A stretch of 64,000 bases of DNA, from assembly GCA_036566445.1 (NCBI GenBank), contig DATCWH010000004.1, positions 8,049 to 72,048 of the forward strand, in the 5' to 3' direction. The position numbers and the translations under genes are program-made. The notes under the pieces are model-generated. The model searched no databases and was not told where the DNA came from. It saw only the letters and a list, made by a program, of their open reading frames with translations. This DNA is from Nitrososphaeraceae archaeon. Lineage in GTDB: Archaea > Thermoproteota > Nitrososphaeria > Nitrososphaerales > Nitrososphaeraceae. Numbering within the stretch: position 1 is the stretch's first letter; each line of letters opens with the position of its first letter. Shown piece by piece: positions 1 through 10,002 of this stretch.

Positions 1-2
1 AT

Positions 3-95
3 ATTTTTATAAAGGGAAGAATGGAGGAAGTTATTCCGATACTCATTGACAAAATAAAAAAGCAAATGTCGGCTATTTCTATAAGGAGTAACTAA
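3..95 (+). CDS. fixB: 3' end of electron transfer flavoprotein alpha subunit (FixB/EtfA), truncated by window edge
   Basis: The frame from nt 3 reads IFIKGRMEEVIPILIDKIKKQMSAISIRSN*, similar to the ETF-alpha C-terminus. It stops 2 nt before a FixC-like gene. Confidence 0.65.
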   Translation: MFIKGRMEEVIPILIDKIKKQMSAISIRSN

Positions 96-97
96 AT

Positions 98-1963
98 TTG
101 GAACAATTTGATGTCGTGATAATAGGGGGCGGATCAGCTGGACTGTCAGCATTAAAAGAATTATCTGATCTCAATAAAAGTGCGATATTGATTGAAGCAG
201 GTAATCGGATAGGCATCAAAAATGTGTCGGGTGGTATTTTGTATTCTAAACATGATCCCCGTGGAAGGATATATAACGTTGAGGATGTTTTTGGCCCAGA
301 TTTTGTATCCAGCGCACCAATAGAGAGATTGATAAAGAAATATTTTCTGCATTCCACTTTCAAGAATAAAATTTTTACAATGGATTTGACCCCACTTCAT
401 GAGTACAAAACAAATTTTGGATATTCTGTTCTTTTGAATAGATTAAACCCCTGGCTTGCAGAACGAGCTTCCGAATCAGCAGAAAAACAAGGAGGGGGGA
501 TTATTACTGGAGTGCACGTTTCAGATATACAATGGATAGATGACAAGACAATTGTCAGGACCGACGAATTAGAAGAATTCCAGGTAAAATCAATAATTGC
601 CGCTGATGGAATAAATTCGGAACTAGCCGAAATAACAGGTGCTAGGGATAAGTTCAAACCAGAAGATATTTACTTTGGTGTTAAAGTCATCATAAAATTA
701 CCTGAAGACATTATTGAAGAAAGGTTTAATCTAAATTCTTCAGAAGGTTCAGGGCATCTTTTTGCGGGCGATATCACATTGAATCATATTGGTGGTGGAT
801 TTCTTTATACAAATCGCGAAACATTATCACTTGGAGCGGTCTATCACTATGATTCGCTTCTCTCTAGCCCCGTTACTCCAGCACAACTCATAGATGAGTT
901 AATCAAAAATCCTCTAATTAGTGAATATATCAAAGATGAAGTCCCATTAAGAAAGGAGAACAATGATCTTTCAAAAGAGGATCAGCTGAAAATGCAGCTT
1001 AGCGTTAGTAAACTAATAAAAACATACGATGAGTTAAGACACAAATATTTTTCCAAAAATAATGTAGAATTAGTAGAGTCTGGAAAGTTCAAAAATATAG
1101 AAGATATTAAATCAAAAATTGATAGTATTAAACAAGACCTAATTGAAAGATATGGAGTAGAATTTGTCAATAATTATGTGGAGCTTGAATATAGCGCAAA
1201 ACTAATCCCTGATGGCAAAAGATGCATGATGAAAAAACCCTATTATAAAAATATTTTATTTATCGGAGATGCTGCTGGTCGTGGAATCTTTTTGGGTCCA
1301 AAAATAGAAGGACTCAATGTTGGTATTGATGATGCAGTCAGAGCTTCAATAGCAATTTCGCGATCTATAGAAAATAACAATTTTGATTCAGATTACATGG
1401 GAAATTACTACGAATCCCTTGTTAACGAGAGCCCATATACCAGAGAAATGAACAAAATTGATGAAGAGTATTTAATCTTGTTTCTTAATATAGTAAGAGA
1501 CATTTCCATAGATTCTGTTGATCCTCGATTAGGATTTGGACTTCGTCTTATGAAAAATAAAAGGTTGAGGGGAATCGCCCTTCGACTGGCAAATTTTTTG
1601 GGATACGCTAAAGTTTTACCAATTATAGAATCAGAAAAAACATATGTTCATATACCAATCCTATTGGCAAATAGACTGGGTAATATTGTCAATTCTTCGT
1701 ATGTACCGGTAATTCCCACATTATCAGAAAGAATTGCGAAATTGCAATACAACGACGATAGCGAATCACATATCACTGTTGAGGACAAAAGAAGCGAATT
1801 AATGAGAAAACTTATCTTACTATGTCCTACCAATTGTTATAGTCTTGAAGGAAAAGATGTAGTGCTACAACATGAAGGTTGTGTGGAATGTGGAACTTGC
1901 TCTATTGGAACCAGATGGAAACACCCAAAAGGTGAAAAAGGAATAATGTACAGATATGGTTAG
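98..1963 (+). CDS. fixC: FixC-FixX fusion (ETF:quinone oxidoreductase-like FAD protein with C-terminal ferredoxin)
   Basis: FAD motif GGGSAG, KNVSGGILY, GGGFLYTN, EYSAKLIP and IGDAAG. C-terminal CPTNCY...CVECGTC...WKHPKGEKGIMYRYG is FixX-type. Confidence 0.88.
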   Translation: MEQFDVVIIGGGSAGLSALKELSDLNKSAILIEAGNRIGIKNVSGGILYSKHDPRGRIYNVEDVFGPDFVSSAPIERLIKKYFLHSTFKNKIFTMDLTPLHEYKTNFGYSVLLNRLNPWLAERASESAEKQGGGIITGVHVSDIQWIDDKTIVRTDELEEFQVKSIIAADGINSELAEITGARDKFKPEDIYFGVKVIIKLPEDIIEERFNLNSSEGSGHLFAGDITLNHIGGGFLYTNRETLSLGAVYHYDSLLSSPVTPAQLIDELIKNPLISEYIKDEVPLRKENNDLSKEDQLKMQLSVSKLIKTYDELRHKYFSKNNVELVESGKFKNIEDIKSKIDSIKQDLIERYGVEFVNNYVELEYSAKLIPDGKRCMMKKPYYKNILFIGDAAGRGIFLGPKIEGLNVGIDDAVRASIAISRSIENNNFDSDYMGNYYESLVNESPYTREMNKIDEEYLILFLNIVRDISIDSVDPRLGFGLRLMKNKRLRGIALRLANFLGYAKVLPIIESEKTYVHIPILLANRLGNIVNSSYVPVIPTLSERIAKLQYNDDSESHITVEDKRSELMRKLILLCPTNCYSLEGKDVVLQHEGCVECGTCSIGTRWKHPKGEKGIMYRYG

Positions 1964-1968
1964 TTATT

Positions 1969-2517
1969 CTATGGTTTCCACTTTATTGAACAGCCAATTG
2001 ATGGGTCAAAGTCTTTTTCTATTATTTCTCCATCCAATATTTTTCTGATGTTATTTTCCATTACATTAACTTGCGGAGTCATTTCTGGTTCCATTGCATC
2101 ATTTATTTTTCCATGAAACACAAGCCTTCTGTTTTGATCAAACAAAAATGGATCCGGTGTACAGACAGCTCCATATGATCTTGCAATTTGTTGTGTATCA
2201 TCCATAAGATATGGAAAATTCAAATTATTTTCTTTGGAAAACTTAACCATGTTCTCAAAGCCTTCATCTTGGTAAGTTGGATCATTACTATTTATCCCAA
2301 CAATTTGTAATCCTGACTCTGGAAACTTGCTCTGTAGAGTAACTAAATCACCTATACGAGCTTTAACGTAAGGGCAATGATTGCAAATAAAGACTATCAA
2401 GAGGCATTTACTTCTGAAATCCGCAAGGGAATAGAATTTATTATCTGTTCCCATTAATCTGAATGTGGGAGCAGTGTTATTTTTTTTTAGGGTTTGACTC
2501 GACAGTGTTTTTGCCAT
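1969..2517 (-). CDS. Thioredoxin-fold AhpC/TSA-like redoxin
   Basis: FICNHCPYV (CxxC), INSND, GAVCTPDPF and terminal GCSIKW. Confidence 0.85.
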   Translation of the reverse strand: MAKTLSSQTLKKNNTAPTFRLMGTDNKFYSLADFRSKCLLIVFICNHCPYVKARIGDLVTLQSKFPESGLQIVGINSNDPTYQDEGFENMVKFSKENNLNFPYLMDDTQQIARSYGAVCTPDPFLFDQNRRLVFHGKINDAMEPEMTPQVNVMENNIRKILDGEIIEKDFDPSIGCSIKWKP

Positions 2518-2774
2518 ATGGATATTTACTAGATATGACTAATAAATTATTCAATTTTTTCGTAATGAAAAAAATATAAAATACAACATGAACCAAAAAA
2601 AGTACAAAATTAGTGGTTTTTCTGCTAATTTGATTCATTTATATGGTAATAGATTTTCTTTGTTAAAATTTATGGTAATTTCTTCTATTACATATTTACG
2701 ATATTTTGAATAGATTTATCTTGTATGCATATGTTATGTCGAACGACAATAGATAAATTTTAATATAATAGCAT

Positions 2775-3728
2775 TTGTTTGAAAATTATTTGGAGGCTGG
2801 AAATGTGATTAATCATAGCAAAGACGAAATTTCATTTGAAAAAATTCTAGTTATAGGCTTGGGTCAATTGGGACTCCCGGTCGCGAAATATGTTAAAGAA
2901 AAGGGATTTGATGTTTATGGTTATGACAACAATCAGCTAGTCATGAATAATGCTGAAAAGCAACATGGTATAAAGAAACTGGAGAATTTCAGAGACGTTG
3001 ATGTCTTTATGATATGCATATCCACACATAGAGAAGATGATGTTTCCTCTCCACAGATTGACGGATTAATGGCAATTACAAGAAAGATAGCTAAAGAGGC
3101 TACAAATGGAAAGCTCGTATCTATCGAAAGTACCGTACCAAGAGGTACAACTAGAAAAATGTTCGAAATTCTTGAGCATCGATTTCATGTCGTTCATGCT
3201 CCACACAGGTGGTACGCTCTTGAAGAAGATGTTCATGGTGTCAATCAGCTAAGGGTAATTGGTGGTGTCTGCGACTGCTGCCTTCGAACAGGCATTAGGT
3301 TTTACGATGGAGTTGAACATGGAGAAGAAAAATCAGATTTGGAATATTATAGTGGGACCAAATCATATAGGAATCTTGGCATTCCAATGTATTCTGTTTC
3401 GACCGTAGAAATAGCAGAATTGAGTAAAATAATTGAAAATGCAGACAGATACTTGCAGATTGCTTTTGCTGAAGATCTCTATATGTTTTGTAAAGCAAAT
3501 AGTATTTCGTTTGCAGAATTAAGAGATGCGGTAAATACGAAATGGAATGTAAACATTCTGGAACCTAGAGATGGAATTGGAGGTCATTGTATTCCAAAGG
3601 ATACAAGAATGTTCTTGGAGTCTTCGGAAATCAAGAGTAAAATATTGGTTGCTGCCCAGGAAGTGGATAAGGATTACAGAAAATATGTTGAAGGATGGAC
3701 TAAAGACCTCAATCAAATAAACTACTAA
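2775..3728 (+). CDS. Short nucleotide-sugar dehydrogenase (UDP-glucose/GDP-mannose/UDP-ManNAc dehydrogenase family)
   Basis: IGLGQLGLP Rossmann motif, ESTVPRGTT, AELSKIIEN and catalytic GIGGHCIPKD. Start uncertain. Confidence 0.8.
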   Translation: MFENYLEAGNVINHSKDEISFEKILVIGLGQLGLPVAKYVKEKGFDVYGYDNNQLVMNNAEKQHGIKKLENFRDVDVFMICISTHREDDVSSPQIDGLMAITRKIAKEATNGKLVSIESTVPRGTTRKMFEILEHRFHVVHAPHRWYALEEDVHGVNQLRVIGGVCDCCLRTGIRFYDGVEHGEEKSDLEYYSGTKSYRNLGIPMYSVSTVEIAELSKIIENADRYLQIAFAEDLYMFCKANSISFAELRDAVNTKWNVNILEPRDGIGGHCIPKDTRMFLESSEIKSKILVAAQEVDKDYRKYVEGWTKDLNQINY

Positions 3729-3865
3729 CATTTTCTATTGTCCTTATTTTAACAAGCATTATGCTATATTTTCTCTGGTATTCTCTTGTTATGGCATTCT
3801 GACAGTTTACAGTAACATTGAGTTTCTAAATTTAATTTAAATATTCAGAATATTTCTGTATTAAC

Positions 3866-4594
3866 ATGAGTCTTGATAAGTCAAAAAATAATGGAAAAGA
3901 GATTAAAGATGAAAAAAATGACACTAACTTACCAACACTATATCTCAATTTTTCCTTTTATAAAGTAGATCTGAAATGGAGATGGCTAAATGATATAGGA
4001 AAAGATGAAGCGGCTAAGGAGTTTGCATCATTAATAGATATTGCCAATACAAAGATCAAGGTCAGGACTTATTCCACGATTGGTATCAGAAAGGAATCTG
4101 ACTTTATGTTATGGAGCGTTTCTGATTCTATAGAAAAAATTCAAGTACTAACTTCAAAGGTTTACACTACCGTACTTGGAAAATACATTGATATATCTGA
4201 AGTTTACTTGTCGGCATCACGTCCATCAATTTATTCGAATAAAATTACACCAAGTTTCATGGAACATGACGAACCTTTGAAATACAATATCGTTTATCCA
4301 TTTATTAAGTCAAGAGAATGGTATCTTCTTCCATTTAATAAAAGAAGTGAAATGATGAAAGAGCACATCAATGTTGGTAAAAAATTTCCACAGATAAGAT
4401 TGAATACTTCTTATTCATTTGGAATGGGCGACCAAGATTTTATGCTGGCTTTTGAGACGGACAATTTAATGGATTTTCAAGACTTGATCATGAAACTTCG
4501 TGAAACTCAGGTAAATAGATATGTTGTCAGAGATACACCTATGATAGTTTGTGTTTACAAGAAAATTTTTGATATAATTAAGAGTTTAGGATAA
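3866..4594 (+). CDS. Chlorite dismutase superfamily protein, probable coproheme decarboxylase (ChdC/HemQ-like)
   Basis: VYPFIKSREWY, proximal His in MMKEHINVG, and SFGMGDQDF. No distal catalytic Arg at the Cld position. Confidence 0.8.
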   Translation: MSLDKSKNNGKEIKDEKNDTNLPTLYLNFSFYKVDLKWRWLNDIGKDEAAKEFASLIDIANTKIKVRTYSTIGIRKESDFMLWSVSDSIEKIQVLTSKVYTTVLGKYIDISEVYLSASRPSIYSNKITPSFMEHDEPLKYNIVYPFIKSREWYLLPFNKRSEMMKEHINVGKKFPQIRLNTSYSFGMGDQDFMLAFETDNLMDFQDLIMKLRETQVNRYVVRDTPMIVCVYKKIFDIIKSLG

Positions 4595-4596
4595 GT

Positions 4597-5196
4597 ATGT
4601 TAGCACTGAAAGAATGGAATATTGTTTGCAGAGCTTTGGAGGAGGGTGATCAATCAATTTTGCTACGAAAGGGTGGTATCTTAGAATATAGGAAGGGTTT
4701 TGAGATTATTCAAAAAATTTTCCTATTATATCCCACATTAGAACATCAAGCAAAAAAATATTTGCAATCAAGTTATTTACAAGAATTTGAATTACTTTTA
4801 AAAAGAAATGATTTGGATATTGTCCAAGACAAATCAAATACCATAAGGATTTTAGCAAGAATTGAAGCAACGCAGGAATTCCATGATGAAACGTTATTAT
4901 CCAAATTAGAAAAGTATCATATATGGAATGAAAAATACGTTAACATGAGAATGAGTTATAATCCAAAAAAACCAATGAATGCCCTTCTACTGAGAGTTTA
5001 CAAGCTGCCTGAACCTATTTCCATAAATGTAAATCCAGAATGGGCCGGATGTAAATCATGGATTGATGTTGACTTGAGAGAAAAAAATGGAAATTCATAT
5101 GATACCATTTACGAATTGTTGAATCAAAGTGAGCCAGTTATTAAAGAAGATGATTTTCAAAAAATTTATGATAATTTTATGGAGATTTGGAATTGA
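4597..5196 (+). CDS. DUF1802 family protein
   Basis: ALKEW...GDQSILLRKGGI.E, LYPT.EHQ and GCKSW motifs. Confidence 0.8.
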   Translation: MLALKEWNIVCRALEEGDQSILLRKGGILEYRKGFEIIQKIFLLYPTLEHQAKKYLQSSYLQEFELLLKRNDLDIVQDKSNTIRILARIEATQEFHDETLLSKLEKYHIWNEKYVNMRMSYNPKKPMNALLLRVYKLPEPISINVNPEWAGCKSWIDVDLREKNGNSYDTIYELLNQSEPVIKEDDFQKIYDNFMEIWN

Positions 5197-6179
5197 GATA
5201 TAGGCGACTTGGGAAAAATAATATTAATGTAAGCGAAATTGGATTTGGAGCATGGACCATTGGTCTTGATTGGTGGGGTAAAAAAATAGAAGATGATGAA
5301 GCGATTAGAATGTTAAAGAGAGCGTATGACTTGGGTATCAACTTCTATGATACCGGGGACATCTACGGAAAAGGAAAAAGTGAGAAATTAATAGGGATAG
5401 CATTCAAAGGTATGAGGAATGAAATAGTCTATTCAACAAAATGGGGATATGATATGTACAATCATCAACAAATTGGACACAACGAGTTACCTCAGAAACA
5501 TACCATTGACTACTTGCAGTATGCATTAGATCAGAGTTTACAAAGACTTCAGACAGACTATATTGATGTATATAGCCTCCACAATCCGAAAATCCAAGTC
5601 ATCACAAATAAAGATTTGTTTAATGCGTTAGATACACTCGTTACTAAGGGAAAGATTAAAAGTCACGGAGTCGCCTTGGGTCCGGCCATTGGATGGAAGG
5701 ATGAAGGTCTACACGCAATCAGAGAACACAATATTACATGCCTACAGACAGTCTATAATATTTTAGAGCAAGATCCGGGTAACGCATTACTAAAGGCAGG
5801 TAAAGAAAAAAATGTTGGCATAATGGCAAGAGTGCCTGACGCATCGGGAGTATTAACTGGTAAAGTCAATGAGAACACCACATTTAATAAGAATGATCAT
5901 AGGAGTGTGAGAAAAAAAGAATGGATACGTGAGGCACTAAAAAAAGTTGAAAATATGAGAATAATATCCGACAAAAAAGGATGGGACATTACCGAGCTTG
6001 CAATTAAATTTATTCTATCTCAGGAGCAGATATCGGTCGTTTTGCCTACAATGATTAGTTTGGAAGAGATTGATAAATTTTCTCACATATCAGATGGAAA
6101 ATATCTAGATCTAAATGAAATGCAACAAATTTCTGAGATGTATATTAATAATTTTTACATTGCACCTAGTACAAAATAA
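5187..6179 (+). CDS. Aldo/keto reductase
   Basis: VSEIGFGAW, FYDTGDIYG.GKSE, STKWG and SLQRLQTDYIDVYSLH. Confidence 0.9.
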   Translation: MELRYRRLGKNNINVSEIGFGAWTIGLDWWGKKIEDDEAIRMLKRAYDLGINFYDTGDIYGKGKSEKLIGIAFKGMRNEIVYSTKWGYDMYNHQQIGHNELPQKHTIDYLQYALDQSLQRLQTDYIDVYSLHNPKIQVITNKDLFNALDTLVTKGKIKSHGVALGPAIGWKDEGLHAIREHNITCLQTVYNILEQDPGNALLKAGKEKNVGIMARVPDASGVLTGKVNENTTFNKNDHRSVRKKEWIREALKKVENMRIISDKKGWDITELAIKFILSQEQISVVLPTMISLEEIDKFSHISDGKYLDLNEMQQISEMYINNFYIAPSTK

Positions 6180-6534
6180 TTGAGAGCGCAATTAAGACCG
6201 TGTATAATTTGACACGATGGATTATTTTTCATATTTGGATATGAGAAGTATTGAAACAATTGAGATGAATTTCCCTATAATTGCGAGTTTAGATAAACTG
6301 AGGTTTTGCTGGAGATAATGATGACCTAAATAGAAAATCGTGAGACAAAATATTTCAAATGATATTAGACAATGAAAAGTTGCAATTATATATGTTTGAA
6401 ATCTCAATTATCTAGAAGATATATCAAGTATATTTGGTTATAGTAATCTTGGTACTAAAATTATACCTTAATTTATATACTATTGATTCTACCTTGATTA
6501 TCATACAGCAGTTCGTTACCTAATCCAAATATAC

Positions 6535-7002
6535 TTGCTTACAGCTAATTTGCATTACGGCTGGGTCATGGTAGTTAGAATTATTGCCCTTATTGCAATA
6601 AGTAGCATAATATCATTAATGAGTGCTATGCATAGCAATGCTTATGCGAATTTGATCATAGGAGAGAATGAAATTAATAGTAACCAAATTCAACGTTATT
6701 ATCCAATAGCTAGTCTAATTAATAATCAAACTACAAATAAGGAAATCATGACTGAATTGAAATCTCAAATAGAAAATTCGGACCCATTTCAGATGAGAGG
6801 ACTAGATAATGAAAGGAACATTAATAATTTGTCTTCGACAGAATTCAGTTATTCAAATGACATCAATTCAAAAGGCGTGGATGCCAATTCAGACGACGTG
6901 AATTCAAATGACGATAATGAATGTAAATCCGACTGCCGTGAAAATTCAAAGCTTATAAGGGATGACATTCCATTTGAGTTACCAAGTATTCCTTTTCCTT
7001 AA
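6535..7002 (+). CDS. Hypothetical secreted protein (likely start near 6568)
   Basis: Signal-like hydrophobic N-terminus, Asn/Asp-rich body, and a C-terminal DDIPFELPSIPFP tail. Confidence 0.55.
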   Translation: MLTANLHYGWVMVVRIIALIAISSIISLMSAMHSNAYANLIIGENEINSNQIQRYYPIASLINNQTTNKEIMTELKSQIENSDPFQMRGLDNERNINNLSSTEFSYSNDINSKGVDANSDDVNSNDDNECKSDCRENSKLIRDDIPFELPSIPFP

Positions 7003-7102
7003 AAACAGGTTGGATAAATACAGAATAGCAGATAATTCATAGCCGTTAAAATTATTTCATAAAATATAAAAAACAAAAATAAGGGGAGTATGATAGATTA
7101 CA

Positions 7103-7948
7103 ATGCATATGAATTTTGAAAGGATGCTTTTTTTTGGCTTTTCTGGAACGCTTCTAGCACTAATGATGTTCATCAGTATTGGATCTGTTAGTGTTTATGC
7201 AGTTTCAATAAAGATAGTATCTCCTCTTAGCAATCAACAAGTTCCTGTTGGTGAACTTACCATATCTGGATCTTCTTCTGATAATTCAACAGCACAATGT
7301 CAGGTCTATGTGGATTGGAATAACTTAAAGCCCTATCAACTTGCTACGCCTACTGGTTCAAATGGATCTGCTGATTTTTCAAATTGGACTTTCACTTATA
7401 CCTCAAAATACCATCTTATTCAAACAGGGCTCAATGATTTGACATCAAAAATTACTTGCCTGGTTCCACCTGCCGGCCCAACTGTTACTAAATGGTACAG
7501 CATAAATGTTACGGGAACTTCATCTTCCAATCAATCAAGTAATGTACAATTACCGTTACCAACTGCAAATAACAACGGTTCGACTTCAAATTTACAAACT
7601 TCATCTCCGTCCACAGAAACATCAGTTGATACAACAAATACATCAAATGCCGATAAAATAAATCTCGATCTTAGTGTTGAACAGGATCCAATTTCAGCTG
7701 GAGAAAGACAAACAGTTACACTCACGGCATCCGATCCTCTCACAGGAAATACTCTTGATCAGGTATTTCTGCGTTTAACAGTCAAAGATCCCTCGGGCAA
7801 TATTGTAAAGGATTATACGGACAATGATGGGGAACTCACACCTTCTTTTAGGATGGATGAAGACATAACGGGAACATATTCAGTCTCAGCAAGTGCTTCA
7901 CAAGCCGGTATTCAAACGACAGAGTCATTGAAATTTGCAGTACAGTAA
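7103..7948 (+). CDS. Secreted protein with two Ig-like beta domains and a Ser/Thr linker
   Basis: Signal peptide; KIVSP...GELTISGSSSD...CQVYVDWN...W.FTY Ig-like pattern; S/T-rich linker. Confidence 0.7.
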   Translation: MHMNFERMLFFGFSGTLLALMMFISIGSVSVYAVSIKIVSPLSNQQVPVGELTISGSSSDNSTAQCQVYVDWNNLKPYQLATPTGSNGSADFSNWTFTYTSKYHLIQTGLNDLTSKITCLVPPAGPTVTKWYSINVTGTSSSNQSSNVQLPLPTANNNGSTSNLQTSSPSTETSVDTTNTSNADKINLDLSVEQDPISAGERQTVTLTASDPLTGNTLDQVFLRLTVKDPSGNIVKDYTDNDGELTPSFRMDEDITGTYSVSASASQAGIQTTESLKFAVQ

Positions 7949-8163
7949 TTTGAAGTGGTATATGATTGAAGTGGATCTAGCAAAAATAATAATTTAATTT
8001 TCACTTGCCTTGAGGAGAACTGGCTTCGCAACTACCCCCAATATATACTCAGCAACAGGAATTTTTCTTTAGTACGCTATCGGCCCTCACCATATTTGAA
8101 TAGGTTACTACTATCACTATCCTATAGATTATCTGGAAAAAATATCTATGATGAACTTTATCT

Positions 8164-8197
8164 TCAATTGTTCCAATGCGTCAATTGTTCGAATGCG
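8164..8197. repeat. 17-bp tandem duplication (2 copies, 1 mismatch)
   Basis: tcaattgttccaatgcg followed directly by tcaattgttcgaatgcg. Confidence 0.7.
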
Positions 8198-8290
8198 TTG
8201 AAAGTGAGAAAACCTACATCAGGTAGTTTGAGTTTAGAATCAAATTGAGCCTATTGAGTTGAAAGGCAAGACTACATACTTTTGGTTTTA

Positions 8291-9547
8291 TTAAGTGGAA
8301 CTATGCTCAGTAGTATTAACCGGATCTCCTCGTACGTCAAAAAGTCCCATCCAGCCCAGATCCGTAAACTCTGTCTGGTGTGCATGGAACATGTAAGTTC
8401 CGGGGTACTCATATATAAATTCCATGATACCTCTATCTCCCTGTGACAGCGTTATTATGTCCGTATTATAGTCTGAAGTTTCATCGGTTCCAGCAGTATA
8501 GTAATCGAACATAGCGCCATGCACATGAAATGAGTTGACCAGGTCAAATTCCAGCATATTTAGAACGTATATACGATATGGTTCGCCAGTTTGTAACACT
8601 ATTGGATTCATCATATACTCAAATGCCTTTCCATTAACTGTGTAAATCTCATTACCCCTCGCTTCTTCGCCAGCATCTTCATTCTCAGAATCTTCCTCAT
8701 CAGTCTGTTCCGAAGCAGGAAGAGCAGAAACATGTGTCATATTGGAACCTGTGCTATTTTCGCCGCTATTGGCACCCTCAGTCATATTGGCACCTGTATC
8801 ATTTTGTTCAATTGTCTGAAATAGGGCAGCAGGCGGTATTTTGGTAGGTCCTTCTGCATCGAAATCCAAGTCATAACCATTAAGGGTCATGGCCATCTCT
8901 TTCATTTGCGGCCTAGGTTCTTTTGGATCAATAATCATCATCCCATATAATCCCCTGTTGAGATGATCAGCTATCGGATCTACATGACAATGATATGGGT
9001 ACACCCCGTATGGTTGTGCAATAAATTCGTAAGTGAAACTTCTACCTGGTGAAAGGGCCCCTCCGGGATACCCACCCATTGACACACCATCATTCTTGGC
9101 ATAATGGATAGAGTGAGTATGAAGAGAATGTGGATTTGAATTCTCATTACTATTAATAACTCTGATACGGACCAGATCGCCTTCTGTAACTCTGATAGTT
9201 GGTCCGGGTACAGTTCCATTAAATGTCCAGGCTTCGAAGATATGCCCCTCATATGAAATAGGTATTTTTTGATTTTCTTGAGCAATAAGTGTGAATTGTC
9301 GTACAGTTCTTCCACTTTCATCCTTTGAAACATGTCCACAATTGAAATATGTCAGGTATTCTATAGGAGTAGGTTTCTTACTCAGATCTGCAGCACAATT
9401 CTTAATTTTATCGTATTGCTCTTGAGAAATGTGAGTTCCTGGAGACTGGCCATATATAGGCAGATTCAAGAAAGGAAAAGTTAAAGATGAAAATATCAAG
9501 ATAATTGACAAAACCAATGCAGAAAAATACGGATTCTGCCCAAACAC
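8291..9547 (-). CDS. Secreted two-domain multicopper oxidase (type C arrangement)
   Basis: FNGTVPGP, HSLHTH and YHCHVDPIADHLNRGL (T1 site in domain 1). Domain 2 has SFHVHG and FHAH but no Cys. Confidence 0.88.
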   Translation of the reverse strand: MFGQNPYFSALVLSIILIFSSLTFPFLNLPIYGQSPGTHISQEQYDKIKNCAADLSKKPTPIEYLTYFNCGHVSKDESGRTVRQFTLIAQENQKIPISYEGHIFEAWTFNGTVPGPTIRVTEGDLVRIRVINSNENSNPHSLHTHSIHYAKNDGVSMGGYPGGALSPGRSFTYEFIAQPYGVYPYHCHVDPIADHLNRGLYGMMIIDPKEPRPQMKEMAMTLNGYDLDFDAEGPTKIPPAALFQTIEQNDTGANMTEGANSGENSTGSNMTHVSALPASEQTDEEDSENEDAGEEARGNEIYTVNGKAFEYMMNPIVLQTGEPYRIYVLNMLEFDLVNSFHVHGAMFDYYTAGTDETSDYNTDIITLSQGDRGIMEFIYEYPGTYMFHAHQTEFTDLGWMGLFDVRGDPVNTTEHSST

Positions 9548-10002
9548 ACTTTATCAAAGGAATTCCATGATATAAAAACGTTGATCTATTTCAAATTTCT
9601 GCGACCTAAATAAACAGACGACTAATGAATTCAATAATTTGTTCTCTAATGTAAGGATTTTCAATAATAACACTTACATTAAAAGAAAATCCCAATTCCT
9701 TAACGATTCCAAAATAATTACATTCCCAATATCAGAAATCCTTAGGTTCCATCTTAGCATTGTCAACCATAGTGGATAAGTTTGTAATTAAACCGTTAAT
9801 AAAATAAATTCCAAATTGTTAAAAAATAATCTGTCTCCAAATCTCTTTACTCTCTATGTAGTAAATAAAAAAGAATTCGGAAAAAATTCCTGATGAAATT
9901 TAAGAAAAAAAATAAGAACCATATATTAGTAAAACATGACATAACACGATACAGATATTTCTTACCTAGCCCTTAAAAGATATAATCCTATCATTAAATC
10001 CA

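Noticed and set aside
3866-4594. Functional chlorite dismutase
   Set aside because: The distal Arg position appears to be Leu, and a ChdC-type Tyr/Lys motif is present.
8291-9547. Calling the copper protein NirK
   Set aside because: It has HCH plus three further HxH motifs for a trinuclear centre, which fits a two-domain MCO rather than a nitrite reductase.
9606-9880. Mostly open minus-strand frame with in-frame stops (possible readthrough or pseudogene)
   Set aside because: No recognisable homology or recoding signal, so it cannot be supported.
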